Notes under the pieces: generated by a model
Told to the model about the DNA's origin: nothing
Seen by the model: only the letters and a program-made list of their open reading frames with translations
The model's database searches: none
Part shown: one piece after another, positions 13,183-25,616 of the stretch
Layout of the letters: every line of letters begins with the position of its first letter
How positions within the stretch are numbered: the stretch's first letter is position 1
Program-made: the position numbers and the translations under genes
From: Octopus sinensis
Taxonomy: Eukaryota
Direction: 5' to 3'
Assembly (NCBI RefSeq): GCF_006345805.1
Contig: NC_043025.1
Coordinates: forward strand, 5,890,001 to 5,954,000
Length of the DNA stretch: 64,000 nt

Positions 13183-13220
13183 TCTTTTATGTTTCGAGCC
13201 TACGCTCTTCGACAGAAAGA
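13183..13220 (-). ncRNA. Minimal hammerhead-like motif, A6U variant
   Basis: UCUUU-CUGUCGA-A-GAGC-GUAG-GCUC-GAAAC-AUA-AAAGA. Confidence 0.35.
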
Positions 13221-13390
13221 TACACAGAAAAGAAACAAGGAGAGAAACAAGAAGAGAAAAAAAATTGCGATCCAACATATATTTATAATTAAAGTCAAAA
13301 TGAGGGTGAAAAAATTGGATATTAATTTAATAACATCAATTTAAACACCAGTGGTCTAGCGCATAAAAGACTGAGATTCAGTAAATATTA

Positions 13391-13637
13391 TTAATACATA
13401 AATATGAGAGAGAATCGACTATGTGGACACTCTTACGCTAGATATAGATCCACAAAGGGACTCAACCACTAAGAATTGTTCTCAAGAAATAATTTAGCAC
13501 ACTAAAAATGTAAGCGAGCAGGACAGTGTGCTAAATTATTTCTTGAGAACAATTCTTAGTGGTTGAGTTCCTTTGCGGATCTATATCTAGCATAAGAGCA
13601 TCCACATAGTGGATTCTCTCTCATAGTTGTGTATTAA
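13391..13637. repeat. Inverted repeat, 113-bp arms with 21-nt spacer
   Basis: 13391-13503 is complementary to 13525-13637 with scattered mismatches. Confidence 0.9.
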
Positions 13638-13737
13638 TTATATATATATATATAAAATTAAGATTCAGTTGAATTAGATACTTAAGCTGAAGCACCAAGT
13701 CAGTCTGGTATTATCCATACAGCTTGAAGTAAGATGA

Positions 13738-13888
13738 ATAAAATCAAAATAAGTAACAGGATGTCAAGTAGTGATGCAGTACGACCGTTCCAAGTGGCTC
13801 CAATGATTGCATCATTCAATTAAATGGAGTTGCTTGAAACGGTTGTACTGCATCACTTCTAGATATCCTATTGCTTATTTGATTTTAT
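13738..13888. repeat. Inverted repeat, ~65-bp arms (Penelope pLTR-like)
   Basis: 13738-13802 pairs with 13825-13888. It is homologous to the HHR-bearing repeat at 24385-24513. Confidence 0.8.
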
Positions 13889-13917
13889 ATATATATATAT
13901 ATTTGTATATATATATA

Positions 13918-13952
<35 letters not shown>

Positions 13953-13998
13953 CACTTTATATACACATATACCTCTACAAGTCCTCTCTACATACATC

Positions 13999-14029
<31 letters not shown>

Positions 14030-14344
14030 TAATATATATATATGTACATACATACATACATACACACACATATATATATATAATATATGTAATATATTAC
14101 GGAGATGTACTTGCATAGCAAGTGACTTGATCTGAGATCGTGTGTTGGAATGAAAACAATTGCAGCATGGAAGGTGTTTATAAGCCATTTAAGAAACACA
14201 CAAAAACCCTTAGATTCACTTCAGCATTTAAATTTAATTTGCCAAAATATTTTCGCCGCTTTGAGACCGCGACCTGTTCACTGACAAAATTCCGTGATGT
14301 ATATATGTATATAGGGACTAGGAAAGTATACTGGTTCTATGGAG

Positions 14345-15348
14345 ATCCCTTATACTCAGCCGTCTGAACCACTGCTCTCAACTCTGGTCATTCCACAGTG
14401 TCAAATAAATAGCAGAACCTGAGGCAGTTCAGTGATGCTACATGAGGAAGATTGCATCAATTGAACAGGTGATCCACTCGGAGAGACTGAAAGAGCTATG
14501 TCTCTACTCTCTGATACACATAGGGAAGATCCTGGAGGGGTTGGCACCCAACTTTGGCACCAAGAACTATAAAATCACCCAAACTGGACATTACTGCATT
14601 GTTCCAAAGGTCCCAGCTATCCTATCTGGAGTGAGGAACATGCATAGAAATATATTTCTTTACTACCCACAAGGGGCTAAACATAGAGGGGACAAACAAG
14701 GACAAACAAACGGATTAAGTCGATTACATCGACCCCAGATCGTAACTGGTACTTTATTTATTGACCTCGAAAGGATGAAAGGCAAAGTTGACCTCGGCGG
14801 AATTTGAACTCAGAACGTAACAGCAAACGAAATACCTATTTCTTTACTACCCACAAGGGGCTAAACACAGAGGGGACAAAGAAGGACAGACAAACGGATT
14901 AAGTCGATTACATCGACCCCAGTGCGTAACTGGTACTTAATTTATCGACCCCAAAAGGATGAAAGGCAAAGTCGACCTCGGCGGAATTTGAACTCAGAAC
15001 GTAACGGCAAACGAAATACGACTACACATTTCAGCCGGCGTGCTAACGTTTCTGCCAGCTCGCATAGAAATAGCTTGGGATTCAAGGCCCCACAGTTATT
15101 CAATGCCTTGCCAAAATATCTGAGGGATTTTCATAGAGTTGGGGTAGATGTTTTCAAGAAACAACTCGACCTCCTGCTGTCTAAGATTGCAAATGGAATC
15201 TTTCTCATGGCAAGAAGACGGAAACTGTGAAAGTCCCTCCTTCACCAAAAGTCAATCACACAAGAATGGCAATTGAAAATTTGATCCTATTGGTGGTGCC
15301 CCAGCATGGCCACAGCCATGGGCTGAAACTTATAAAAGAAATAAAGAA
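14345..15348 (+). mobile_element. Degenerate CR1/L2-group LINE 3' end, split by a SINE-B dimer
   Basis: Translates ERLKELCLYSL..GKILEGLAPNFG..CIVPKVP before the insertion and GFKAPQLFNALPKYLRD..VDVFKKQLDLLLSKI after it. The 3' tail is ggtggtgccccagcatggccacagcc...gaaataaagaa. Confidence 0.8.
14653..15061 (-). mobile_element. SINE family B, one head plus 2 body units, with TSD
   Basis: The 11-bp TSD gcatagaaata is at 14642-14652 and 15062-15072. B-box gagttcaaattcc; body gactttgcctttcatcc...taagtaccag. Confidence 0.9.
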
Positions 15349-16865
15349 TATATATCTGATCACAATGTTGTTAAATACATGTGATTTTATGTTCTAACAG
15401 TTTTATACTGAATAAGCAGAAAATATTTAGTAACAACTGCACCAGTTCTACAAAAAGATAGAGAACCACAATAAAATGATGACTAACAACAATGCTAAAG
15501 ATTACATGGTAGGACTTCAAATACCTTTAAATCTAGAATTTACACTCACATGCATTCTTTTATGAACACTGAAAAAATAAAAAACAAATTTATTTGGTTT
15601 GTAGATTTTGTCATTAAAGAGTAATTGGAGCCAAAGCATACATGTGTGAAAATGGTCCTTTAACTATTTTGCACAGTGGAGAGATGCTGCCATATTTCTT
15701 GTTGTTAAAATTTTATTCCTCAACTGCCATTCAGAAAAGATTCACGGCTACATTCATAGAAAATTTGTCATACAACTATTACACCAATTGCTTTCTGTGT
15801 TTGTGTAAGTGTCTGCTTTAAAAAAACTAATTAGATACAACATCAAATTAAGGGAAAATAGTTATCCAAATATCATCATCATCATTTAACGACCATGTTC
15901 CATGGATTGAACAGTTTGATGGGAGATGGTGATCCACAAAAATGTGCCAAGTTACAGTGTCTGTTTTGGCATGATTCTATAGCTGGATGCCCTTCTTAGC
16001 ACCAACAACTTTACATAGTGTTCTGGGTGCTTGCAGACCAAATATAAAAACAGAACATCCACACACACACATGCTTATATGGATGAAAGATGGTTGGATA
16101 GACACAGACAGACAAACAGCAAGCATGAACATTTTGACAACATTGATTTCAAAATTTGAAACAAGACCAGCATATTTCAGGGAAATGGGTAAGTTGATTA
16201 TATTGACCCCAGTGCGGGTTCTTATTTTACCTATTTTATCGACCCCAAAAGGATGAAAGGCAAAGTTGACCTCAACAGCATTTGAACTCAAAACGTAAAA
16301 ACAGACAAAATGCCACAAAGCGTTTCACATAACATGCTAACGGTTTTGTTAGCTCACAGCCTTACATTTTGACAATATTAGTAGAAATATTGTACAGTAC
16401 AGATGTTGAGTGGATGGATAGATCATCATCATCGTCGTTTAATGTCTGCTTTCCGTGCTGGCATGGGTTGGACGGTTTGACTGAGGACTGGTGAGCCAGA
16501 AGGCTACATCAGGCTCCAATCTGATCTGGCAAAGTTTCTACAGCTGGATGCCCTTTCTAACACCAACCACTCCGAGAGTGTAGTGGATACTTTTACATGC
16601 CAGTGGCATGAGGGCCAGTCAGGCGGTTCTGTCAACAAACATGCTTAAAAGGTATTTTTTACGTGCTACCTGCACGGGTGCCAGACTAGTAGCACTGGCA
16701 ACAACTATGCTTGAATGTTGTTTTCTCATGTGCCAATTAGCCCATGCTGGCAATGATCATGCTCGAATGGTGCTTTTTACATGCCACTGGCAAGGGAGCC
16801 AATCAGTGGCCCTGGCAACAATCACGCTTGGATGGTGCTCTTAGCGCTCCACTGGCATGAGTGTT

Positions 16866-17466
16866 AAGTGGCGAGCTGGCAGAAACGTTAGCCGGGCGAA
16901 ATGCTTGGTGGTATTTTGTCTGCTGTTACGTTCTGAGTTCAAATTCCGCTGAGGTCGACTTTGCCTTTCATCCTTTTGGGGGTCAATTAAATAAGTACCA
17001 GTTACGCACTGGGGTCAATATAATCGACTTAATCCGTTTTTCTGTCCCTGTGTGTCCCCTCTGTGTCTAGCCCCTTGTGGGTAGAAAAGAAATAGGTATT
17101 TCGACTGCCGTTACGTTCTGACTTCAAATTCCGCCAAGGTCGACTTTGCCTTTCATTCTTTCGGGGTCAATAAATTAAGTACCAGTTACGCACTGGGGTC
17201 GATGTAATTGACTTAATACCTATGTCTGTCTTTGTTTGTCCCCTCTATGTCTAGCCCCTTGTGGGTAGTAAAGAAATAGGTATTTCTTCTGCCGCTACGT
17301 TCTGAGTTCAAATTCCACCGAGGTCGACTTTGCCTTTCATCCTTTCAGGGTCGATAAATTAAGTACCAGTTACGCACTGGGGTCGATGTAATCGACTTAA
17401 TACCTATGTCTGTCTTTGTTTGTCCCCTCTATGTTTAACCCCTTGTGGATAATAAAGAAATAGGTA
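16866..17466 (+). mobile_element. SINE family B multimer (3 body units)
   Basis: One head ggcgagctggcagaaacgttag followed by three ~180-bp bodies. Confidence 0.85.
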
Positions 17467-17796
17467 CTGTCATTGGCCATATCAGAGCAATATATAGCAA
17501 GTAAGCTAGCAAAATAGCTAAATAGGCAGATGAGTAACTGGTTAGTGAGATAGCTGATGGGCTGATTAGCTGGCTAAGTAGACAGATGGTTGGCCAGCTG
17601 GTTAACTCCCCACCTGGCTAGCTAGATGAATTACTGGCTGCCTGGCTAACTAGCTAGATAAATAGATGCCAGCTGGTTAGCTGGTTAGGGAGATGGTCAG
17701 CTGCCTAGCTAGCTAGATAAATATTTATTTACTACCCACAAGGGGCTAAACACAGAGGGGACAAACAAGGACAGACAAACGGATTAAGTCGATTAC

Positions 17797-18131
17797 ATAA
17801 ATAGATAGAAAGATAGATAAATAGGCAGATAGATATATTGATAGATAAATAGATAGATAGATAAATAGGCAGATAGACAGACAGATCGATAGATAGATAA
17901 ATAGATAGATAGATAGATAGATAGGCAGATAGACAGACAGGTCGATAGATAGATAAATAGATAGATAGATAAATAGGCAGATAGACAGACAGATCGATAG
18001 ATAGATAAATAGATAGATAGATAGATAGATAGATAGACAGATAGATAAATAGATAGATAGATTAGATAGATAGATAGATAGACAGACAGATCGATAGACA
18101 GACAGATCTATAGATAGACAGATCGATAGAT

Positions 18132-18190
<59 letters not shown>

Positions 18191-18208
18191 GGTAGGTAGA
18201 TAGATAGG

Positions 18209-18248
<40 letters not shown>

Positions 18249-18277
18249 CAGATAGATAGATAGATAGATAGATAGAC

Positions 18278-18320
<43 letters not shown>

Positions 18321-18415
18321 CAGACAGATCGATAGATAGAAAGATAGATAGATAGATAGGTAGATAGGTAGATAGATAGATAGACATACAGGGAGAGAGA
18401 GATAGATGGATAGAC
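17797..18415. repeat. (AGAT)n microsatellite
   Basis: About 620 bp of imperfect GATA/GACA repeats. Confidence 0.95.
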
Positions 18416-18720
18416 ACAGTGAGTAGATGCTGACTGGTTAAAAACAGGGTGCATAGATGCTGACTCCACATACGTACATAACTGGATACAGGTGTATGGA
18501 AACCAAAGAAGGGTGTACGAATGTGGGTACCACAAGAAACCAAAGAATATTTTAGTTTCAAACCCTCCACTCCCAAACAAGGAAGAAAAAAAAAAGTGAA
18601 AATAAAAATTTAAAAAAACCAAAACAAAACAAATGTTCTTCTTTGCTAATATATTGGATGGCAACACACCGGAAATATGAAAACATTACAACCACTTTGA
18701 AGAGGGCACTGGGTAAAAAG

Positions 18721-18728
18721 GATGGTGG

Positions 18729-18760
<32 letters not shown>

Positions 18761-18831
18761 ATGGTGGTGGTGATGATGATGATGATGATGATGTCGATGA
18801 GGATGATGATGATGGTGGGTGGTGGTGGTGG

Positions 18832-18866
<35 letters not shown>

Positions 18867-19313
18867 TCGATGATGATGACAATGGTGGTGGTGGTGATGA
18901 GAATGATGACGATGGTGGTGGTGGTGGTGACTAAGATGATAATGATGATGCTGATGATGGTGGTGGTGATAACGATGCTGATCATAATGGAGATAATGAT
19001 GATAATGGTGATGATGATGATGACGACGGTGGTAGTGTGGTGGTGGTGGTGATGATGAAGATAACAACAACGACGATGATGATGATGATGATGATGGTGG
19101 TGCTGGTGGTGGTGGTGGTGGTGCTGATGATGACGATGGTGGTGGTGGTGGTGGCTATGATGATGCTGATGATGGTGGTGATGATGAAGATGGTGGTGGT
19201 GGTGGTGATAACGATGCTGATGATAATGGTGATGATGATGATGATGATGATGGTAGGGGTGGTGGTGGTGATGATGAAGACGACAACAACGATGATGATG
19301 ATGATGATGATAA
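18721..19313. repeat. (GAT)n/(GGT)n compound microsatellite
   Basis: Read directly; it produces the poly-His, poly-Asp and poly-Met ORFs. Confidence 0.95.
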
Positions 19314-19371
19314 CTACCTGCATGTGTAATGGGCATACACATACATATATCAAATACACACATCTCTCTCT

Positions 19372-19411
<40 letters not shown>

Positions 19412-20083
19412 AGGCAGTCATGGCTGTGTGGTAAGAAGCTTGCTTCCCAACTACATGGTTCTGGGTTCAGTCCCACGGCATGACATCTTGGGCAAGTCTC
19501 TTCTACTTTAGTCCCAGGCTGACCAAAGCCATGTTAGTGGATTTAGTAGACGGAAACTGAAAGAAGCCCTGTCGTATATATGTGTGTGTGTGTGTGTCTG
19601 TGTGTGTGTGTGTGTGTATGTCTGTCTGTACATCTGTATTTGTCCCTCACTGCCATCACTTGACAACCAATGTTAGTGTGTTTACGTCCCCGTAACTTAG
19701 CAGTTCGGCAAAAGAGACCAATAGAATAAGTACTAGGCTTACAAAGAATAAGTCCTGGCATCGATTTGTTCAACTAACAGTGGTGCTCCAGCATGGCCGC
19801 AGTCAAATGACCAGTATTGGTGTGCTTATGTCCCCCCCGTAACTTAGCGTTTTGGCAAAAAGAGAGCAACAGAATTAGTTTCAGGCTTAAAAAATAAGGA
19901 CTGGGGTTGATATGTTTGACTAAAAACAAAATCCCTCCAAGGTGTTGCTCCAGCAGGGTCGCAGTCTAATGACGGAAACAAGCAAGAGGATAAAAGATGA
20001 GAAAGAATGAGAGAAAGACACACATTCACATATATACAAACACACACACACATATAATACACCACACACACACACACACATTC

Positions 20084-20119
<36 letters not shown>

Positions 20120-21146
20120 GCACAAGAGCAGTATGGTTGTGTGTGTGTGTGCAGTGTGTTGGTGGTGATGATGATGATGGTGGTTGTGGTGGTGGTGCTG
20201 ATGATGACGCCGATGATGATGATGATGATGATGATGGTGGTGATGATGACTATGATGATTGATGATGATGTTGATGAAGGGGGAAAGGTGACTGTTTTAT
20301 GTTCAATCACCTCCCCCTGCCCTACCTCCCTCCTCCTTCCACCACCCCTACCCCAAAACACAACCATCTACCCTCTACTACCCCCCCCGCTCCCATCTTC
20401 CCCTCCCCCTATCCACACCACCCTGTCTCTCCTCCCATAAAACATATCACATTCCATTATCACCCTCATCAAGTCTGCCCCACCCCTCCTCTTCCTTCTC
20501 CTCATCCTCTTACACTCCACCCACCCCGGCTTCCTGCTTATCTCCATTTCCACCCTGCAATCCAATCCACCCATACCCTCCTTCACCTTGTCTATTTAAT
20601 GCCTTTATTATATACCCATCTACATACATATACAAACATACATACATGCATACATACATACATACGTATGTGCGTGCGTGTGTGTGTGTTGTGTGTGTGT
20701 GTGTGTGTGTGTATACACATACATATATATATATATATTTATACATACATACAACATATATATATATATACATACATACATATATATATTATATATACAT
20801 ATATATATACATATTTATGTATATATATATACATTCAACATATGTATATATATTTATATATATATATACACATACATACATATATTATTATATATATTAT
20901 ATAATATATATATATATATATATAAATATATGTGTGGTGATATATTATATATATAGATAGACAGATGGAGAGATAGATAGACAGATATAAATACATACAT
21001 ACATACATACAAACATCATCATCATCATCATCATCATGATTGTTTAACGTCTACTTTCCATGTTGGCATGGGTTGAATGGTTTGACTGGCAAGTCGAGAG
21101 GCTGCACCAAGCTCCATATATAAGTGTGTGTGTATGTGTGTGTGTA

Positions 21147-21179
<33 letters not shown>

Positions 21180-21694
21180 GTCTTGTATAAAAAATATATA
21201 TAAAAATACAAAATGGGACAAGAACACAAAACACTCAAATAGCCGACACAAAAAACGGACGGGTCATTCGAAGCCTCTAATCTTCAGTCAAGAACCGGAT
21301 CATCCTCGCAATCTCGGCTGCACTTGCTTGCTGCTGTGCAATTCTGTACCCCATCCTCCATCTTATTCTAGATTCTCTGTCCTCCTGTCTTCCCCTCTTA
21401 TCTCTCCCCCGCCCCGTACACAGTTATTTCATTTCATTGGGGCCACCGACTAATATTTTAGGTTTCAGGTTTGTCATGAGGAGCCTGCAGGTTTGTTAGG
21501 GCCAAGTTTATCTCGGCTTCCATGACGTGTTAGCAACCGACCAGAGAGCACAGTTCTCTCTCTACCCAGAACAGGATACTGCCCTTCCACCTGGTTAACA
21601 CCCACCTGTTACTGGGGTGCTCTGTTTCACAAGAACACAATGTGGGGCCAGATATCAGGGAGTGCAATACTCTCTCTACCCTGAACATGATGTT

Positions 21695-23512
21695 GGCCCA
21701 TCACAGGGTTAACTCTTCTAACTATTTCTAGGGTACTCACCTTCAGGAGAGTTGGCTAGAGCAACATGAAATCAAATGTTTACACAATAGCACAACATGC
21801 TGCCTGATATGGGAATTGAAACCCCAGGCTTATGATCCACAGAGGAGCCAAATGGCCCATCACAGGGTTAACTATTTCTAGGGTACTCACCTTCAGGAGA
21901 GTTGGCTAGAGCAACATGAAATCAAATGTTTACACAATAGCACAACATGCTGCCTGATATGGGAATTGAAACCCCAGGCTTATGATCCACAGAGGAGCCA
22001 AATGGCCCATCACAGGGTTAACTATTTCTAGGGTACTCACCTCCAGGAGAGTTGGCTAGAGCAACATGAAATCAAATGTTTACACAATAGCACAACATGC
22101 TGCCTGATATGGGAATTGAAACCCCAGGCTTATGATCCACAGAGGAGCCAAATGGCCCATCACAGGGTTAACTATTTCTAGGGTACTCACCTCCAGGAGA
22201 GTTGGCTAGAGCAACATGAAATCAAATGTTTACACAATAGCACAACATGCTGCCTGATATGGGAATTGAAACCCCAGGCTTATGATCCACAGAGGAGCCA
22301 AATGGCCCATCACAGGGTTAACTATTTCTAGGGTACTCACCTTCAGGAGAGTTGGCTAGAGCAACATGAAATCAAATGTTTACACAATAGCACAACATGC
22401 TGCCTGATATGGGAATTGAAACCCCAGGCTATGATCCACAGAGGAGCCAAATGCCCATCACAGGGTTAACTATTTCTAGGGTACTCACCTCCAGGAGAGT
22501 TGGCTAGAGCCACATGAAATCAAATGTTACACAATAGCACAACATTCTGCCTGATATGGGAATTGAAACCCCAGCTTATGATCCAGAGAGGAGCCAAATG
22601 GCCATCACAGGGTTAACTATTTCTAGGGTACTCCCCTCCAGGAGAGTTGGCTAGAGCAACATGAAATCAAATGTTTACACATAGCACAACATGCTGCCTG
22701 ATATGGGATTGAAACCCCAGGCTATGATCCACATAGGAGCCAAATGGCCCATCACAGGGTTAACTATTTCTAGGGTACTCACCTCCAGGAGAGTTGGCTA
22801 GAGCAACATGAAATCAAATGTTTACACAATAGCACACATGCTGCCTGATAGGGAATTGAACCCCAGGCTTATGATCCACAGAGGAGCAAATGGCCCATCA
22901 CAGGGTTAACTATTTCTAGGGTACTCACCTCCAGGAGAGTTGGCTAGAGCAACATGAAATCAAATGTTTACACAATAGCACAACATGCTGCCTGATATGG
23001 GAATTGAAACCCCAGGCTTATGATCCACAGAGGAGCCAAATGGCCCATCACAGGGTTAACTATTTCTAGGGTACTCACCTCCAGGAGAGTTGGCTAGAGC
23101 AACATGAAATCAAATGTTTACACAATAGCACAACATGCTGCCTGATATGGGAATTGAAACCCCAGGCTTATGATCCACAGAGGAGCCAAATGGCCCATCA
23201 CAGGGTTAACTCTTCTAACTATTTCTAGGGTACTCACCTCCAGGAGAGTTGGCTAGAGCAACATGAAATCAAATGTTTACATAATAGCACAACATGCTGC
23301 TTGATCTGGGAATTGAAACCCCAGCCTTATGATCCACAGAGGAGCCAAATGGCCCATCACAGGGTTAACTCTTCCAACTACTTCTAGGGTACTCACCTCC
23401 AGGAGAGTTGACTAGAGCAACATGAAATCAAATGTTTACACAATAGCACAACATGCTGCCTGATCTGGAAATTGAAACCCCAGCCTTATGATACACAGAG
23501 GAGCTAAATGGC
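21695..23512 (-). repeat. 150-bp SINE-derived satellite, about 12 copies
   Basis: ggcccatcacagggttaact recurs at 21854, 22004, 22154, 22304 and onward. The minus strand has B-box-like ggtttcaattccc and a SINE-D-like core. Confidence 0.9.
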
Positions 23513-23771
23513 TCTCTTAGGTACATCCTATTGACAAGAGTCAATAAACTCGAAATATTGTCTGGGATTCCTGATAGATGGCGACACTGAACACACCAGG
23601 TGTTTCCACACCTTTTACTTTAAGGGAGATATTTGGTCTTTGAGCAGTTGAAATGTGTCACAAACATATTTTAACTCACCTAAATTTTTCTTATGCTTAA
23701 ACACTGCTTGGTACTAACATTTTGTAATATATAAATATATATATATGTGTGTGTGAGTGTGTGTGTATATA

Positions 23772-24174
23772 CTCTTTACTCTTTTACTTGTTTCAGTCAT
23801 TTGACTGTGGCCATGCTGGAGCACCGCCTTTAGTCGAGCAGATCGACCCCGGGACTTATTCTTTGTAAACCTAGTACTTATTCTATTGGTCTCTTTTGCC
23901 GAACCGCTAAGTTACTGGGACATAAACACACCAGAATCAGTTGTCAAGCGATGTTGGGGGCACAAACACAGACACACAAACATATACACACACATACATA
24001 TATATATATATACGACGAGTTTCTTTCATTTCCGTCTACCAAATCCACTCACAAGGCTTTGGTTGGCCTGAGGCTATAGTAGAAGACATTTGCCCAAGGT
24101 CCCACGCAGTGGGACTGAACCCGGAACCATGTGATTCGTAAGCAAGCCGCTTACCACACAGCCACTCCTACGCC
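23772..24174 (-). mobile_element. SINE family A, full length
   Basis: Tail-to-head match to 2958-3375. Confidence 0.85.
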
Positions 24175-24424
24175 TATATATATATCATCATCATCATCAT
24201 CATCGTTTAACGTCCGTTCTCCATGCTAGCATGGGTTGGATGGTTCGACCGGGGATCTGGGAAGCCAGAAGGCTGCACCAGGCTCCAGTCTTATCTGGCA
24301 GTGTTTCTACAGCTGGATGCCCTTCCTAACGCCAACCACTCCGTGAGTGTAGTGGGTGCTTTTTACGTGCCACCTGCACATATATGTATATAATCAAAAT
24401 AAGCAACAAGGATATCCAGAGGTA

Positions 24425-24513
24425 ATGCAGTACGATCGTTTCATGCGACTCCATTTAATTGAACAATGCAATCATTACATCAATTTAAAATGTAGAGCAA
24501 TCTTCAGCTGCAC
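24425..24513 (-). ncRNA. Hammerhead ribozyme motif (type I, canonical core)
   Basis: GUGCAG-CUGAAGA-[long imperfect stem II]-GAAAC-GAUC-GUA-CUGCAU. Confidence 0.7.
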
Positions 24514-25556
24514 AAAGACATAGAATTTAATTAAATTAGAACAGATGGACACATTAGTATAATTTTACCTAAAATTTCCAAGAGGATAAGGAGATAGACA
24601 AAGAACAGGCTTTACCAACAACATCATATATACGTATATGTATCTGCAGTAAGAGATTGGCCAGGTTACTAGCTTGCCCGATGGCAAGTGGGCCCCTGCA
24701 TCATTAGAATTCATATATGAGGGCCCATGTTAGTATCTAAGGGGCTCATCTCTTCAAGTTTCAGAACTTTTTATTCACTCCTTGAGGAACGCATTAATTA
24801 TTTCAGCCTAGCTGTGTTTGTAGACAGTTGGAAACTCTCTTTACTCTTTTACTCTTTTACTTGTTTCAGTCATTTGACTGCGGCCATGCTGGAGCACTGC
24901 CTTTAATCGAGCAACTCGACCCCGGGACTTATTCTTTTGTAAGCCCAGTACTTATTCTATCGGTCTCTTTTGCCGAACCGCTAAGTAACGGGGACATAAA
25001 CACACCAGCATCGGTTGTCAAGCAATGCTAGGGGGACAAACACAGACACCACAAACACACACACGCATATATATATATATATATATATATAATAATATAT
25101 ATATATATATGACGGGCTTCTTTCAGTTTCCGTCTACCAAATCCACTCACAAGGCTTGGTCGGCCGAGGCTATATATAGAAGACACTTGCCAAGGTGCCA
25201 TGCAGTGGGACTGAACACGGAACCATATGGTGGTAAGCAAGCTACTTACCACACAGCCACTCCTTCACCTATATATATATATGTATGAGTGCTTACATGT
25301 TTGTTTGCAAATGTGTGTATATGTGTGTACATGTGCATGTAAGTGTGAGTATGAGCGCACAATGTATGTAATAGCAGCCAAGCTACCAACAGGGGCAGCT
25401 GGTCCTTAAATGATTTGGCAAAGATGAAAAGACATAAATATAAACACAAGGACCAGCCAGGGTCACCAGGTCAGAGGTGAAACTTCACATGTTTCTCTGA
25501 TAAAACATTTCTGGGTGTTGTTTGTTTTCTGGGTCGGCTGAGGTTAGATGTGTGGG

Positions 25557-25616
<60 letters not shown>

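Noticed and set aside
17746-19483. 276-aa YLSI-repeat and poly-His/poly-Asp ORFs
   Set aside because: They derive from (AGAT)n and (GAT/GGT)n repeats.
21262-21292. CUGAAGA...GAAU motif on the minus strand
   Set aside because: No GAAA and no stem II.
21695-23512. CRISPR-like array
   Set aside because: Whole units repeat with no unique spacers, and the context is eukaryotic and SINE-derived. The same applies to the 39-, 63-, 124- and 174-bp arrays.
25370-25465. Open frame SSQATNRGSWSLNDLAKMKRHKYKHKDQPGSP
   Set aside because: Weak polypyrimidine tract, weak donor and no recognised homology.
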